The translations under genes were made by a program, and so were the position numbers. A stretch of DNA of 64,000 nucleotides from an uncultured Planctomycetota bacterium (GTDB taxonomy: Bacteria; Planctomycetota; Planctomycetia; Isosphaerales; Isosphaeraceae): positions 4,992,001 through 5,056,000 of the forward strand of contig CAVTTN010000002.1 in the NCBI GenBank assembly GCA_963737655.1, written 5' to 3'. The notes under the pieces are model-generated. The model did no database searches and was not told the DNA's origin. It saw only the letters and a list, made by a program, of their open reading frames with translations. The number at the start of each line of letters is the position of its first letter. Within the stretch, counting starts at the first letter, position 1. Shown one piece after another: positions 1 to 10,846 of the stretch.

Positions 1-25
1 CGTCTTCGAAGAGGATCGAGAGCAT
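1..25 (-). CDS. N-terminus of a gene running off the window edge (MLSILFED...), resembling the start of RluA-family pseudouridine synthases
   Basis: ATG at 25 on the minus strand just after the lipoprotein stop; only 8 codons visible. Confidence 0.3.
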
Positions 26-38
26 CGCGGACCGAGGA

Positions 39-422
39 TCAGAGGGGCGGATTGGCCCCGGTCATGTCGGCCGGTCCGGCCGAGGGCGCTCCTCCGCCGA
101 AGCTGGGGACGCCGCCCGCGCCGCCGGCCGAGACGCCGCCGCCGTCGGCCGGCGCGCCGGACGGCATCCCGCCCGGGTCTCTTCCGCCCGGCGCATAGTT
201 GCCGAGAGGTCCGTAGGGCGAGGCCCCCACCGGGCCCGTCGGCGACGCCGGACCGATCGTGCTGGTGTGGCCGCCGGAGCCGAACGCGGCCGGTCGGGCC
301 TCGCTCGCCCCCGGGGGCTCGGGCGGGATCTCCCGACGCGTCATCAGGCTCTTGCAGCCGGTCGTCGAGATCAGCAAACCGAGCCCGCAAGCCGCCAGTT
401 TCCAGCCGTTGCGCCGATCCAT
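39..422 (-). CDS. Putative lipoprotein with Gly/Pro-rich tail
   Basis: MDRRNGWKLAACGLGLLISTTG-C: basic N-region, hydrophobic core, lipobox Cys; start moved to ATG 422. Confidence 0.7.
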   Translation of the reverse strand: MDRRNGWKLAACGLGLLISTTGCKSLMTRREIPPEPPGASEARPAAFGSGGHTSTIGPASPTGPVGASPYGPLGNYAPGGRDPGGMPSGAPADGGGVSAGGAGGVPSFGGGAPSAGPADMTGANPPL

Positions 423-543
423 CGGCAGGGCCTCCGTGTCCGTGGAGTCGAGGGATTGCGATCCCCCGGCGCCCGTCCTGGGGCCGAGGGAGACGAGTCG
501 AGAGGGGAAGTTCGCGGGCATCCTAGCGATTTCCCCCGGGGCG

Positions 544-1161
544 TCAACCCTTCGCGGCCTGGTACCGCCTGGTGACCTCGTCCCAGTTCACCACGTTCCA
601 GAACGCGGCGATGTAGTCCGGCCTCTTGTTCTGGTAGTCGAGGTAATAGGCATGTTCCCACACGTCGAGGCCCAGGATCGGCGTGCCCGAGCCGTCCATC
701 AACGGGCTGTCCTGGTTCGGCGTCGAGGTCACGGCCAGCTTGCCGCCCTTCACGACCAGCCACGCCCAGCCCGAGCCGAACCGCCCGGCCGCCGCCTTCG
801 AGAACGCGTCCTTGAACGCGGAGAACCCGCCGAGGTCCGCCGCGATCGCCTCGCCGATCGCCCCGGTCGGCTCGCCCCCGCCGCCCGGCTTCATCACGGT
901 CCAGAACAGCGAGTGATTGGCATGCCCGCCCGCGTTGTTGCGGACGACCGTGCGGATCGACTCGGGGACCTGGTCCAGGTGCTGGATCAGCTGCTCGACC
1001 GGCTGCTCCTGCAACTGGGGATGGTCCTTCAGCGCGTTGTTGGCGTTGGTGATGTACGCCTGATGATGCTTGTCGTGATGGATCTCCATCGTCTTCGGGC
1101 CGATGTGAGGCTCCAGGGCCTCCTTCGGGTACGGAAGGGGGGGCAGGGTGTACTCGGGCAC
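544..1161 (-). CDS. sodA: Superoxide dismutase, Mn/Fe family (Mn-type GGHxNH signature)
   Basis: [43 protein letters not shown]. Confidence 0.96.
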   Translation of the reverse strand: MPEYTLPPLPYPKEALEPHIGPKTMEIHHDKHHQAYITNANNALKDHPQLQEQPVEQLIQHLDQVPESIRTVVRNNAGGHANHSLFWTVMKPGGGGEPTGAIGEAIAADLGGFSAFKDAFSKAAAGRFGSGWAWLVVKGGKLAVTSTPNQDSPLMDGSGTPILGLDVWEHAYYLDYQNKRPDYIAAFWNVVNWDEVTRRYQAAKG

Positions 1162-1337
1162 GGAAGTCGTCTCCTGGATGCTCTCGATGGGTCGGTCGCG
1201 ACCGTCGCCAGGTTACCACAGCCTCCCCGGGCCGAACCACCACCCAATCCCCGCCCGACCGTCCCCCGATTCCCCTCCCGGGCCCCTTCCTGATACGATG
1301 CAGGCGACCCCCTCCCGCACTCCGGGCACCGCCACCG

Positions 1338-3173
1338 ATGAGCACGATCCTGGGAATCTCGGCCTACTACCACGACTCGGCCGCCGCCCTGGTGATCGAC
1401 GGCCGGATCGCCGCCGCCGCCCAGGAGGAGCGCTTCACCCGCAAGAAGCACGACCCGGATTTCCCCGCCAACGCCGTGGCCTTCTGCCTCGAATCCAGCG
1501 GGTTGAAAGCGTCGGACCTCGACTGGGTGGGCTTCTACGACAAACCTTTGAAGAAGTTCGAGCGATTGCTCGAAACCTACCTCGCCTTCGCCCCCAGCGG
1601 CTTCCTCTCCTTCCGCCAGGCCGTCCCCACCTGGACCCGGACCAAGCTGTTCCTGCCTCGCGAGCTGCGCAAGGGCCTCCCGGGATTCACCAAGCGATTC
1701 GTGTTCACCGACCACCACGAATCCCACGCCGCCAGCGCGTTCTTCCCCTCGCCGTTCGACGAGGCCGCGATCCTCACCCTGGACGGCGTGGGCGAATGGG
1801 CCACCGCCAGCTTCGGGGTGGGCCGAGGCAACCGGATCGAGCTCCTCGGCCAGCTCGCGTTCCCCCACTCGCTGGGCCTTTTGTACTCGGCGTTCACCTC
1901 GTTCTGCGGGTTTCGCGTCAACAGCGGCGAATACAAGCTGATGGGGCTGGCGCCCTATGGCGAGCCTCGGTTCGTGAAGACCATCCATGAAAACCTGATC
2001 GATTTGAAGCCCGACGGCTCGTTCCGGATGGACCAATCGTTCTTCCGCTACGCCAACGGGCTGACGATGACGTCGCCGAAGTTCGCCCGCCTCTTCGGAG
2101 GGCCGGCGAGGCGTCCCGAGGCGCTGTTGACCGCCCGGGAGATGGACCTCGCCGCGTCGGTCCAGGTCGTGACCGAGGAGGTCATGATGAGGATGGCCCG
2201 GTCCCTCCACCAGCGGACGGGCCTCGATCGCCTCTGCCTGGCCGGAGGGGTCGCCTTGAACTGCGTGGCGAACGGCAAGATCCTCCGCGAAGGCCCGTTC
2301 CGCGACCTCTGGATCCAGCCGGCCGCCGGTGACGCCGGAGGGGCCCTGGGCGTCGCCCAGTTCATCCATCATCAATTGCTCGATCGGCAGCGAACGCCCG
2401 ATCCGATCGACTCGATGTCCGGCGCCCTGCTCGGCCCGGAGTTCACCGACGACCAGATCGCCCGCTTCCTCCGATCGGTCGAGGCGCCGTACCACCTCTG
2501 CGAGACCGACGACGAGCTTTGCGAGACGACGGCCGCCGCGTTGGCGGATGGCCAGGTCGTCGGCTGGTTCCAGGGCCGGATGGAGTTCGGCCCGAGGGCC
2601 CTGGGGGCGCGGAGCATCCTGGGCGACCCTCGCGACCGGGCCATGCAGACGACGATGAACCTGAAGATCAAGTTCCGCGAGTCGTTCCGCCCGTTCGCCC
2701 CGGCCGTCCTGGCGGAGCGGGCCTCGGAATGGTTCGACATGAGACCGGATGTCGAAAGCCCCTACATGCTGATCGTGGCGAACGTCCGCGAGGAGCACCG
2801 GATCGCCGCCCCTCCGGGCACGGAATCCCTGCAAGGCATCGACAAGCTGAAGGTGCCGAGGAGCACGATCCCGGCGGTGACCCACGTCGATCATTCGGCG
2901 AGGGTGCAGACCGTCGATCGCCTCCGCAATCCCCTGTTCCACCGCCTGATCTCGGCCTTCGACCGCCGGACGGGCTGCCCTGTGGTTGTGAACACAAGCT
3001 TCAACGTGAGGGGCGAGCCGATCGTCGGCAGCCCGGCCGACGCCTACCGGTGCTTCCTCGCCACCGACATCGATTGCCTCGCGATCGGCCGCGCATTCCT
3101 GAGAAAGACCGAGGCCCCGGCCCTGGCGCAAGAGGCGATCGCCGCGCACCTCGCGCAATTCCCTCTCGATTAG
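1338..3173 (+). CDS. Carbamoyltransferase (NodU/CmcH/SxtI-like)
   Basis: ILGISAYYHDSAAAL, EERFTRKKHD, HHESHAASAF, GEYKLMGLAPYG, GRMEFGPRALG, KFRESFRPFAP, NTSFNVRGEP. Confidence 0.95.
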   Translation: MSTILGISAYYHDSAAALVIDGRIAAAAQEERFTRKKHDPDFPANAVAFCLESSGLKASDLDWVGFYDKPLKKFERLLETYLAFAPSGFLSFRQAVPTWTRTKLFLPRELRKGLPGFTKRFVFTDHHESHAASAFFPSPFDEAAILTLDGVGEWATASFGVGRGNRIELLGQLAFPHSLGLLYSAFTSFCGFRVNSGEYKLMGLAPYGEPRFVKTIHENLIDLKPDGSFRMDQSFFRYANGLTMTSPKFARLFGGPARRPEALLTAREMDLAASVQVVTEEVMMRMARSLHQRTGLDRLCLAGGVALNCVANGKILREGPFRDLWIQPAAGDAGGALGVAQFIHHQLLDRQRTPDPIDSMSGALLGPEFTDDQIARFLRSVEAPYHLCETDDELCETTAAALADGQVVGWFQGRMEFGPRALGARSILGDPRDRAMQTTMNLKIKFRESFRPFAPAVLAERASEWFDMRPDVESPYMLIVANVREEHRIAAPPGTESLQGIDKLKVPRSTIPAVTHVDHSARVQTVDRLRNPLFHRLISAFDRRTGCPVVVNTSFNVRGEPIVGSPADAYRCFLATDIDCLAIGRAFLRKTEAPALAQEAIAAHLAQFPLD

Positions 3174-3205
3174 ATTCGCCCCGAAACGACCGAGAACGCC
3201 CCGTC

Positions 3206-3622
3206 ATGGCCATGCCCCCGATCGTCTGGCGGCCCGACCGCAAGCTCCTGAACGAGTTCGCCGAAGGCTGGATGTTCGCCTTCGGGATGGTCGGCGCCTT
3301 CTCGGCCCTGATGAAGGGAAACACCCGCGCGGCGATCGTCCTATGGATCGTCGCCGTGGCCGGCCGGGCCGTCGGCCTGCTCCGCCCCCAATGGCTGAGG
3401 CCCCTGTTCGTCGGCCTGACGCTGGCCACCTGGCCGATCGGCTGGGTGGTCTCGAACCTGATTTTGATCGTCGTCTACTTCGGCCTCTTCACGCCGATCG
3501 CGGCGATCTTCAAGCTCTCCGGACGCGACGCCATGAAGCGCCGATTCGATCCCTCGGCCGAGACCTACTGGGAGACGTATCCGGCGGACGCCTCGAAGGA
3601 GCGCTACCTCCGGCCATTCTGA
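3206..3622 (+). CDS. SxtJ-like small membrane protein
   Basis: 2-3 hydrophobic segments, IGWVVSNLIL..YFGLFTPI..GRD..SAETYW..RYLRPF pattern; directly follows the carbamoyltransferase. Confidence 0.75.
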   Translation: MAMPPIVWRPDRKLLNEFAEGWMFAFGMVGAFSALMKGNTRAAIVLWIVAVAGRAVGLLRPQWLRPLFVGLTLATWPIGWVVSNLILIVVYFGLFTPIAAIFKLSGRDAMKRRFDPSAETYWETYPADASKERYLRPF

Positions 3623-3626
3623 GCGC

Positions 3627-3653
3627 CGGTCGGTCGGTCGGTCGGTCGGTCGG
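3627..3653. repeat. (CGGT)6+ tetranucleotide simple repeat between convergent genes
   Basis: Six CGGT units plus CGG read directly. Confidence 0.85.
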
Positions 3654-3673
3654 CGGGCCCGAGGAGTCCGGGC

Positions 3674-5956
3674 TCAGCCCGGTTCGGTCGGGTCCTCGGG
3701 CCGGACCAGGAACGCCCCGGTGGTCTCGGTCCCGGACCCCAGGGCGCGGTGGGCCTCGTTGAGGCTCACGGTAATCGTGAGCCCCTCGGTGCTTTGCGGG
3801 GGGTCGGCCGGGGCGTCGGCCCCGAGGGGCCGGGGCTCGGGGACCTGGGGCCGATTCTCGGCCCACCAGAGGCGGGCGTCCTCGTTGGTCCAGGCGCCGA
3901 AGGCCGAGCACTGGCGGAGCCGGGCCAGGAGGTCCGAGGCGCCGGACGGCCGGTCGGCGGGCTTCTTGGCCAGGCAGGCCAGGACCAGGGACTCCAACGC
4001 CGGGTCGATCGCCCGGCCCAGCGAGCGAGACGGCGCCGTCGGGTCGCGGCTCAGGTGGTCGCTGAGGATCTCCATGGCCGAGGCCCCGGCGAACGCCGGC
4101 AGGCCGGTCAGGAGGAAATAGGCGACGGCCCCCACCGCGTACAGGTCGCTCTGGGCGTCGGCCGAGTCGGGGTTGCGGATCGCCTCGGGCGAGAGGTACT
4201 GGGGCGTCCCGGTGATCGAGCCGGCCATGGTCAGGCCCGGGTCGGTGTTCCTCGCCTCGCGGACCAGGCCGAAGTCCAGGACCTTCACGAAGTCGTAGAG
4301 GCCGCCTCGCTCGCAGATCATCAGGTTCGCCGGCTTGATGTCGCGATGGATCAGGCCCATGCGATGCGCCTCCTCCAGGGCGGAGGCGACCTGGATCAAG
4401 AGGTGGATCACCCGGGCCTCGGGCAGGGGGCCGAAGCGGCGGACCAGGCGCTCCAGGTCGATCCCCGGGAGGTACTCCATCGCGTAGTAGAAGATCCCCT
4501 CGGGGGTCCGGCCGAAGTCGAAGATCGTGATCGTGTTGGGGTGGTTCAGGCGGCTGGTGAGCTGGACCTCGCGCTCGAACCGGAGGAGCTCCCGGACGTT
4601 GGGCCGGACGGCCGACAGGAGCTTGATCGCCGTGGGGCGGCGGAGCATGGCGTGGCTGGCGCGATAGACGGCGCCCATGCCCCCCTGGCCCAGCTTCTCC
4701 TCCAGCGTGTACTGGCCGAGCTGGCGGGCCCGGAGCTCCGCCTGGCGGACCCGTCGCTCGGCGCAACGGGCCCGGCCGGTCAGGTCCGAGACGTTCCTCG
4801 CCGCCAGGAGGTTGGCCACGTAGCTGACCAGGAGGAGGCCCAGCAGGGACCAGATCGTCCTCCTCAAGATCCAGAGGGGCCGAAACGCCTCGGCCACGTC
4901 CACCTCGGTGGTCACGCCCATCCCGTAGTCGGGCAGCCACCTCCAGGCGCCCACGACGGGGACTCCGCGATAGTCGTTGTAGCCGACCGGGTCGATCCCG
5001 GCTCGGCCGGCGGCCAGGGACGCGGCCATCTTGGTCAAGGGCTGCTCGCGGCGCTCGACGGTCGGCCGGAAGCCGGTCGTCATGTCGCCTCCGGGGTCGC
5101 GGATCTCCAGACCCAGCATCGACCTCGCCCCAGGGGAGTCGCCGAGCAGGCCCAGGGGGCGGATCTGGTGGTCGAACCGGCTCTGCGAGAGCATCCGGCC
5201 GCGATCGTCCACGGCGTAGGTCTCCCCCGTGGTGCCGAACCGGGCGACCTGGAGGATCTGGGTGAACCCGCCTTCGGGCCGGATTCGCACGCCCAGGGCC
5301 GCGAGCACCTCGCCCCGGGCCGACCGCAGGGGGACGGCCACGAGCATCGTCGGCGCCCCGAGCTCGGGACGGCCCTCGGCGTTGGGCAACGGCACCTCGG
5401 CGGGGAACGGCCGCGAGACGGCCGCCCGCCCGCCCAGGGCGCGGCCCACGGCGTCGGACCGCTCGGCCAGGGCCCGGTCTCCCACGCTCGCGTCTTCGGA
5501 CGCTCCCACGGTCCTCCCCGTCCGATCGACCACCACGAACCCCGCGTAGCCCTGCGCCGAGGTCGGCGGCCCCAGGATCGCGCGGAGGGCCTTCGAGGCC
5601 GGGCTGGCGATCAGGTCGGACCGAGGGACGTCCTCGCCGGCCGGCCCCCGGAGGGCCAGGAGCTCGGCCGTCGCGGCGAAGACCCGGGGGTCGTGCGCCA
5701 GGTTCGTGGCCACGGTCTCCTGCCCCTGGAGCCACAGCGTCATGGCCGTCACGTTCGCCGCCAGGGTGGTCTCCAGGGCGTTGGACAGCTCCTGGGTCTT
5801 CGCTCTCTCGACGGTCCAGAGCGACCAACCTCCGACGGCCGCCAGCAACGCCAGGGTGACCGGCGGGGCCAGCCGCCCCAGCCACCGACGGCCCGGGCCC
5901 GGGCCGTCCTCCGAGAGCGACCGAGGCCCCCCCGGCTCCCCGCTCGAACCGCTCAT
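3674..5956 (-). CDS. Membrane Ser/Thr protein kinase with extracytoplasmic Cache-like sensor between two TM helices
   Basis: TM - YNDYRGVPVVGAWRW Cache-like region - TM, then LGQGGMGAVY, AIK, HRDIKPAN, DFG, GTPQY; start uncertain (5956 or 6040). Confidence 0.9.
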   Translation of the reverse strand: MSGSSGEPGGPRSLSEDGPGPGRRWLGRLAPPVTLALLAAVGGWSLWTVERAKTQELSNALETTLAANVTAMTLWLQGQETVATNLAHDPRVFAATAELLALRGPAGEDVPRSDLIASPASKALRAILGPPTSAQGYAGFVVVDRTGRTVGASEDASVGDRALAERSDAVGRALGGRAAVSRPFPAEVPLPNAEGRPELGAPTMLVAVPLRSARGEVLAALGVRIRPEGGFTQILQVARFGTTGETYAVDDRGRMLSQSRFDHQIRPLGLLGDSPGARSMLGLEIRDPGGDMTTGFRPTVERREQPLTKMAASLAAGRAGIDPVGYNDYRGVPVVGAWRWLPDYGMGVTTEVDVAEAFRPLWILRRTIWSLLGLLLVSYVANLLAARNVSDLTGRARCAERRVRQAELRARQLGQYTLEEKLGQGGMGAVYRASHAMLRRPTAIKLLSAVRPNVRELLRFEREVQLTSRLNHPNTITIFDFGRTPEGIFYYAMEYLPGIDLERLVRRFGPLPEARVIHLLIQVASALEEAHRMGLIHRDIKPANLMICERGGLYDFVKVLDFGLVREARNTDPGLTMAGSITGTPQYLSPEAIRNPDSADAQSDLYAVGAVAYFLLTGLPAFAGASAMEILSDHLSRDPTAPSRSLGRAIDPALESLVLACLAKKPADRPSGASDLLARLRQCSAFGAWTNEDARLWWAENRPQVPEPRPLGADAPADPPQSTEGLTITVSLNEAHRALGSGTETTGAFLVRPEDPTEPG

Positions 5957-6208
5957 GTGCTCCGCCTCCGGCCCGCCACGACCACCCGGGACCGCCGCCG
6001 GCGGGGACGAAATCCCCGCGGACGGGCCCACGTCACCCATCGTTCATACCGCCGATCCGCCCGGAACCTGAACCGGGCCGTCGGATCACGTCCCTCGATC
6101 CGGGGCCCGACCCGAAGCGGTCGGCCGGAGGGCCGTCCCATCGCGAGGGCGGCGAGGATCGGCCGGGGCCCGGAGGAGTTCGGCATCACGTCTCGGTCGG
6201 AAACGACT

Positions 6209-6248
6209 CGACGCCGAGGGGGGAGACGGGTCTCCCCCCTCGGCGTCG
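6209..6248 (-). terminator. Strong hairpin downstream of the gro operon
   Basis: 19-bp perfect stem CGACGCCGAGGGGGGAGAC/GTCTCCCCCCTCGGCGTCG; weak U-tract. Confidence 0.55.
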
Positions 6249-6282
6249 CATCGGCGATCGGAGTCCTTCGGATCCGCGATCT

Positions 6283-7908
6283 TCAGCGCACCGAGCCCTC
6301 GACCCGGGCGGCGCCCTTCTCCTCGTCTTCCTTGATGTTGGTGATCATGGCCTCGGTCGTCAGCATGAGCGCGGCGATCGAGGCGGCGTTCTGGAGGGCC
6401 GAGCGGGTCACCTTCGTCGGGTCGACGATCCCGGCCTCGAACATGTCCACATAGTCGCCCGTGTTGGCGTTGAAGCCCATCGCGCCGGGCCGCGACTTGA
6501 CCTCCTCGGCCACCACTCCGCCGTCGTGCCCGCTGTTGCCGGCGATGTGGCGGACGGGCTCTTCCAAGGCGCGGATCACGATCGAGGCGCCGAGCTTCTC
6601 GTCGCCGTGGAGCGTCCCGTGGAGCTTCTCGACGGCCGGGATCACTCGCAACAGGGCGGTCCCGCCGCCGGGGACGATCCCTTCCTCGGCCGCCGCTCGG
6701 GTGGCGTGGAGGGCGTCCTCGACCCGGGCCTTCAGCTCCTTCATCGCCGCTTCCGTGGCGGCGCCGACGTTGATCAGCGCCACACCGCCGGAGATCTTCG
6801 CGAGCCTCTCCTGGAACTTCTCCTTGTCGTACTCGCTCTCGGTCTCGTCGATCTGGCGGCGGAGCTGGTCGATCCGCTTCTGGATCTCGGCGCGCTCGCC
6901 GTGCCCCTGGATCAGCGTGGTCGAGTCCTTGTTGATCTTGACCTGCTTGGCCCGGCCGAGCTGGCTCGTCTGGATGTTCTCCAGCTTCTGGCCGAGGTCC
7001 TCGCTGACGACCGTGCCGCCGGTGAGGATCGCCATGTCCTGGAGCATCGCCTTGCGGCGGTCGCCGAAGCCCGGGGCCTTCACGGCGCAGACGTTCAACA
7101 CCCCCCGGAGCTTGTTGACGACCAGGGCCGCCAGGGCCTCGCCGTCCACGTCCTCGGCGACGATCACCAGGGGCTGGCCGCTCTGCGCGACCTTCTCCAG
7201 GAGGGGGACCATGTCGCGGAGGTTGCTGATCTTCTTCTCGTGGAGGAGGATCAACGGCTCGTCGAAGATCGCCTCCATCGTCGTCGGGCTCGTGACGAAG
7301 TAGGGCGAGAGGTAGCCCTTGTCGAACTGCATCCCCTCGACGAATTCGAGCGTCGTGGAGGCCGTCTTGCCCTCCTCGACGGTGATCACGCCGTCCCGGC
7401 CGACGCGCTCGACCGCGTCGGCGAGCATGTCGCCGATCGCCTTGTCGTTATTGGCCGAGATCGCGCCGACCTGGGCGATTTGAGCCTTGGAATCGACGGG
7501 CCGGGAGACCTTCGAATGAAGCTCCTCGACGGCCGCCTCGACGGCCTTCTCGATCCCCCGGCGGACGGCCGTGGGGTTGGCCCCATACGACACGGTCCGA
7601 AGCCCTTCGCGGAAGATCGCGCGGGCCAAAATCGTGGCGGTGGTGGTGCCGTCTCCGGCGACGTCCGAGGTCTTGCTGGCGACCACGTTCACGAGCTTCG
7701 CGCCCATGTTCTCGAACGGGTCGGCCAGCTCGATTTCCTTCGAGACGGTCACGCCGTCCTTCGTGACGGTCGGCCCGCCGAAGGACTTGGCCAGGATCAC
7801 GTTGCGGCCGGTGGGGCCGAGGGTCGTCCCGACGGCATGGGCCAGGGTATCGACGCCTTCCAGCATCTTCCGGCGGGCGGCATCAGAAAACAGGAGCTGC
7901 TTAGGCAC
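6283..7908 (-). CDS. groEL: Chaperonin GroEL (distal copy, no GGM tail)
   Basis: [50 protein letters not shown]. Confidence 0.98.
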   Translation of the reverse strand: MPKQLLFSDAARRKMLEGVDTLAHAVGTTLGPTGRNVILAKSFGGPTVTKDGVTVSKEIELADPFENMGAKLVNVVASKTSDVAGDGTTTATILARAIFREGLRTVSYGANPTAVRRGIEKAVEAAVEELHSKVSRPVDSKAQIAQVGAISANNDKAIGDMLADAVERVGRDGVITVEEGKTASTTLEFVEGMQFDKGYLSPYFVTSPTTMEAIFDEPLILLHEKKISNLRDMVPLLEKVAQSGQPLVIVAEDVDGEALAALVVNKLRGVLNVCAVKAPGFGDRRKAMLQDMAILTGGTVVSEDLGQKLENIQTSQLGRAKQVKINKDSTTLIQGHGERAEIQKRIDQLRRQIDETESEYDKEKFQERLAKISGGVALINVGAATEAAMKELKARVEDALHATRAAAEEGIVPGGGTALLRVIPAVEKLHGTLHGDEKLGASIVIRALEEPVRHIAGNSGHDGGVVAEEVKSRPGAMGFNANTGDYVDMFEAGIVDPTKVTRSALQNAASIAALMLTTEAMITNIKEDEEKGAARVEGSVR

Positions 7909-7920
7909 GGGTATTCTCCC

Positions 7921-8066
7921 GTAGGGTGCATGAAATGCACCGTCATGTCGGGTGCATGAAATGCACCAACAGGCATGCTCGTTCCGGTCAGGATGACGGC
8001 CGTTGGCCGCCGCATGCCCTGGTGCATTTCATGCACCCTACAGACGGTGGGTTTCACCCACCCTAC
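7921..8066. repeat. GTAG-tagged REP cluster: two forward and two reverse copies of GTAGGGTGCATGAAATGCACC
   Basis: Copies at 7921-7941, 7947-7967 (GTCG tag), 8021-8041 (-), 8046-8066 (-, variant stem). Confidence 0.92.
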
Positions 8067-8069
8067 ATG

Positions 8070-8363
8070 TTAGAGGATCTTGGCCAGGATGTCGGTCTCG
8101 CGGAGGATCTTGACTTCCTCGCCGTCGACCTTGATGTCGGTGCCGGAGTACTTGCCGAAGAGGACCTCGTCCCCCTCCTTCACGCCGATCGGGCTGCGCT
8201 CGCCGCTGTCGAGCATCTTGCCGGGGCCGACCGCGAGGACCTTGCCGCGCTGGGGCTTCTCCTTGGCGGTGTCCGGCAGGACGATCCCGCCGGCCGTCTT
8301 CTCCTCGGCCTCGATCTGCTGGATCACCACGCGGTCTTCGAGCGGACGGATCTTCAGGGCCAT
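8070..8363 (-). CDS. groES: Co-chaperonin GroES
   Basis: [39 protein letters not shown]. Confidence 0.98.
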   Translation of the reverse strand: MALKIRPLEDRVVIQQIEAEEKTAGGIVLPDTAKEKPQRGKVLAVGPGKMLDSGERSPIGVKEGDEVLFGKYSGTDIKVDGEEVKILRETDILAKIL

Positions 8364-8436
8364 GATGACGAAATCCCCTCGGGATGATGGCTGGATCGTG
8401 AAAGTTTCCGAAGTTGATGGATGCAGGACGGGGTTC

Positions 8437-8523
8437 CGGGTGGCATGCTCACGTCCTCGTGAGCATGTCTTCGATTCATGTCGGACCGAAGACATGCTCA
8501 CGAGGACGTGAGCATGCCACCCG
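8437..8523. repeat. GGGTGGCATG-family palindromic doublet (REPIN-like)
   Basis: 37-bp perfect inverted arms 8437-8473/8487-8523, each with internal hairpin CATGCTCACG-4nt-CGTGAGCATG. Confidence 0.92.
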
Positions 8524-8533
8524 AGACCTTCGA

Positions 8534-10200
<1,667 letters not shown>

Positions 10201-10285
10201 GATGGTTCTCTCCTGGGATCGTCGGCTGGAACGCGCGGGGCCATCGCCGTTCCCGGCGCCCCGCGAGGCTTCGCGAGTGGCCAAA

Positions 10286-10301
10286 TGCAAACCCCGGGCC
10301 G
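10286..10301 (-). promoter_or_regulatory. Putative sigma-54 (-24/-12) promoter of the gro operon
   Basis: Minus strand CGGCCCGGGGTTTGCA = GG-N10-GC with TTGCA, ~85 bp upstream of the groEL start. Confidence 0.55.
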
Positions 10302-10376
10302 CAGGATTTCATGAATTACAAGTCCCTTGCCCGCAAAGCTTTGTGATTTTCTACCCCGGCCCAGGGATCGAACGAC

Positions 10377-10391
10377 CTGCCAATCTGGCAG
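10377..10391. promoter_or_regulatory. Palindrome CTGCCA-ATC-TGGCAG, candidate activator (enhancer) site
   Basis: 6+6 dyad ~75-90 bp upstream of the -24 element, separated by an AT-richer tract. Confidence 0.4.
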
Positions 10392-10490
10392 AGTGCGACG
10401 ATCATGACAGGGACGATCCGAGGGGTCGAGCGGCCCGCTCAACCGCCGAATTCGCCGGCACAAGTCGGGGTCTGTCTCCCGAATCCGAGC

Positions 10491-10681
10491 CCGGGTGGCA
10501 TGCTGACGTCCGTGTCACGCGACACGAAGTTATACCCCCTGAATTGTTCGACAATTTCAAGGGCCTTCGGACGCAACCGACGATTTTTCAAGCGTTTATA
10601 CGAAGAAACGCCTGAAAATACAATCGCGGCGCGGGGGTATAACTTCGTGTCGCGTGACACGGACGTCAGCATGCCACCCGG
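10491..10681. mobile_element. 191-bp MITE/REPIN-like element with 49-bp perfect terminal inverted repeats
   Basis: Arms 10491-10539/10633-10681; outer ~21 bp match the GGGTGGCATG family; 93-bp AT-rich interior. Confidence 0.75.
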
Positions 10682-10846
10682 CCCGGCATCATCGGAACAT
10701 GTGCTCTATGAAGATCGCCTAAGGCATTGACAGCGCTGTCCTTGAAAATGTTCTGGCGTCCGACCTCGGGAGCACCTACCCTAGAACGGCTTGCAGGGGC
10801 CGTCCCCGCCGAATCGCGAGCAGCACACCCTCGGAGTCGGAACACC

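Noticed and set aside
1338..3622. Saxitoxin or Nod-factor biosynthesis
   Set aside because: No sxtA/sxtG or nodABC-type genes nearby; the carbamoyltransferase family is widespread.
3627..3653. Phase-variation tract
   Set aside because: It lies between two convergent 3' ends, outside any coding or promoter region.
7797..8057. Short ORFs with MHEMH / MKCT / VHFMHPT motifs (also ~30026, 45193, 51395-51777)
   Set aside because: These are translations of the GTAG REP palindrome, not genes.
10370..10400. CIRCE element
   Set aside because: Only a partial GAGTGC half is present, with no matching TTAGCACTC nine bases upstream.
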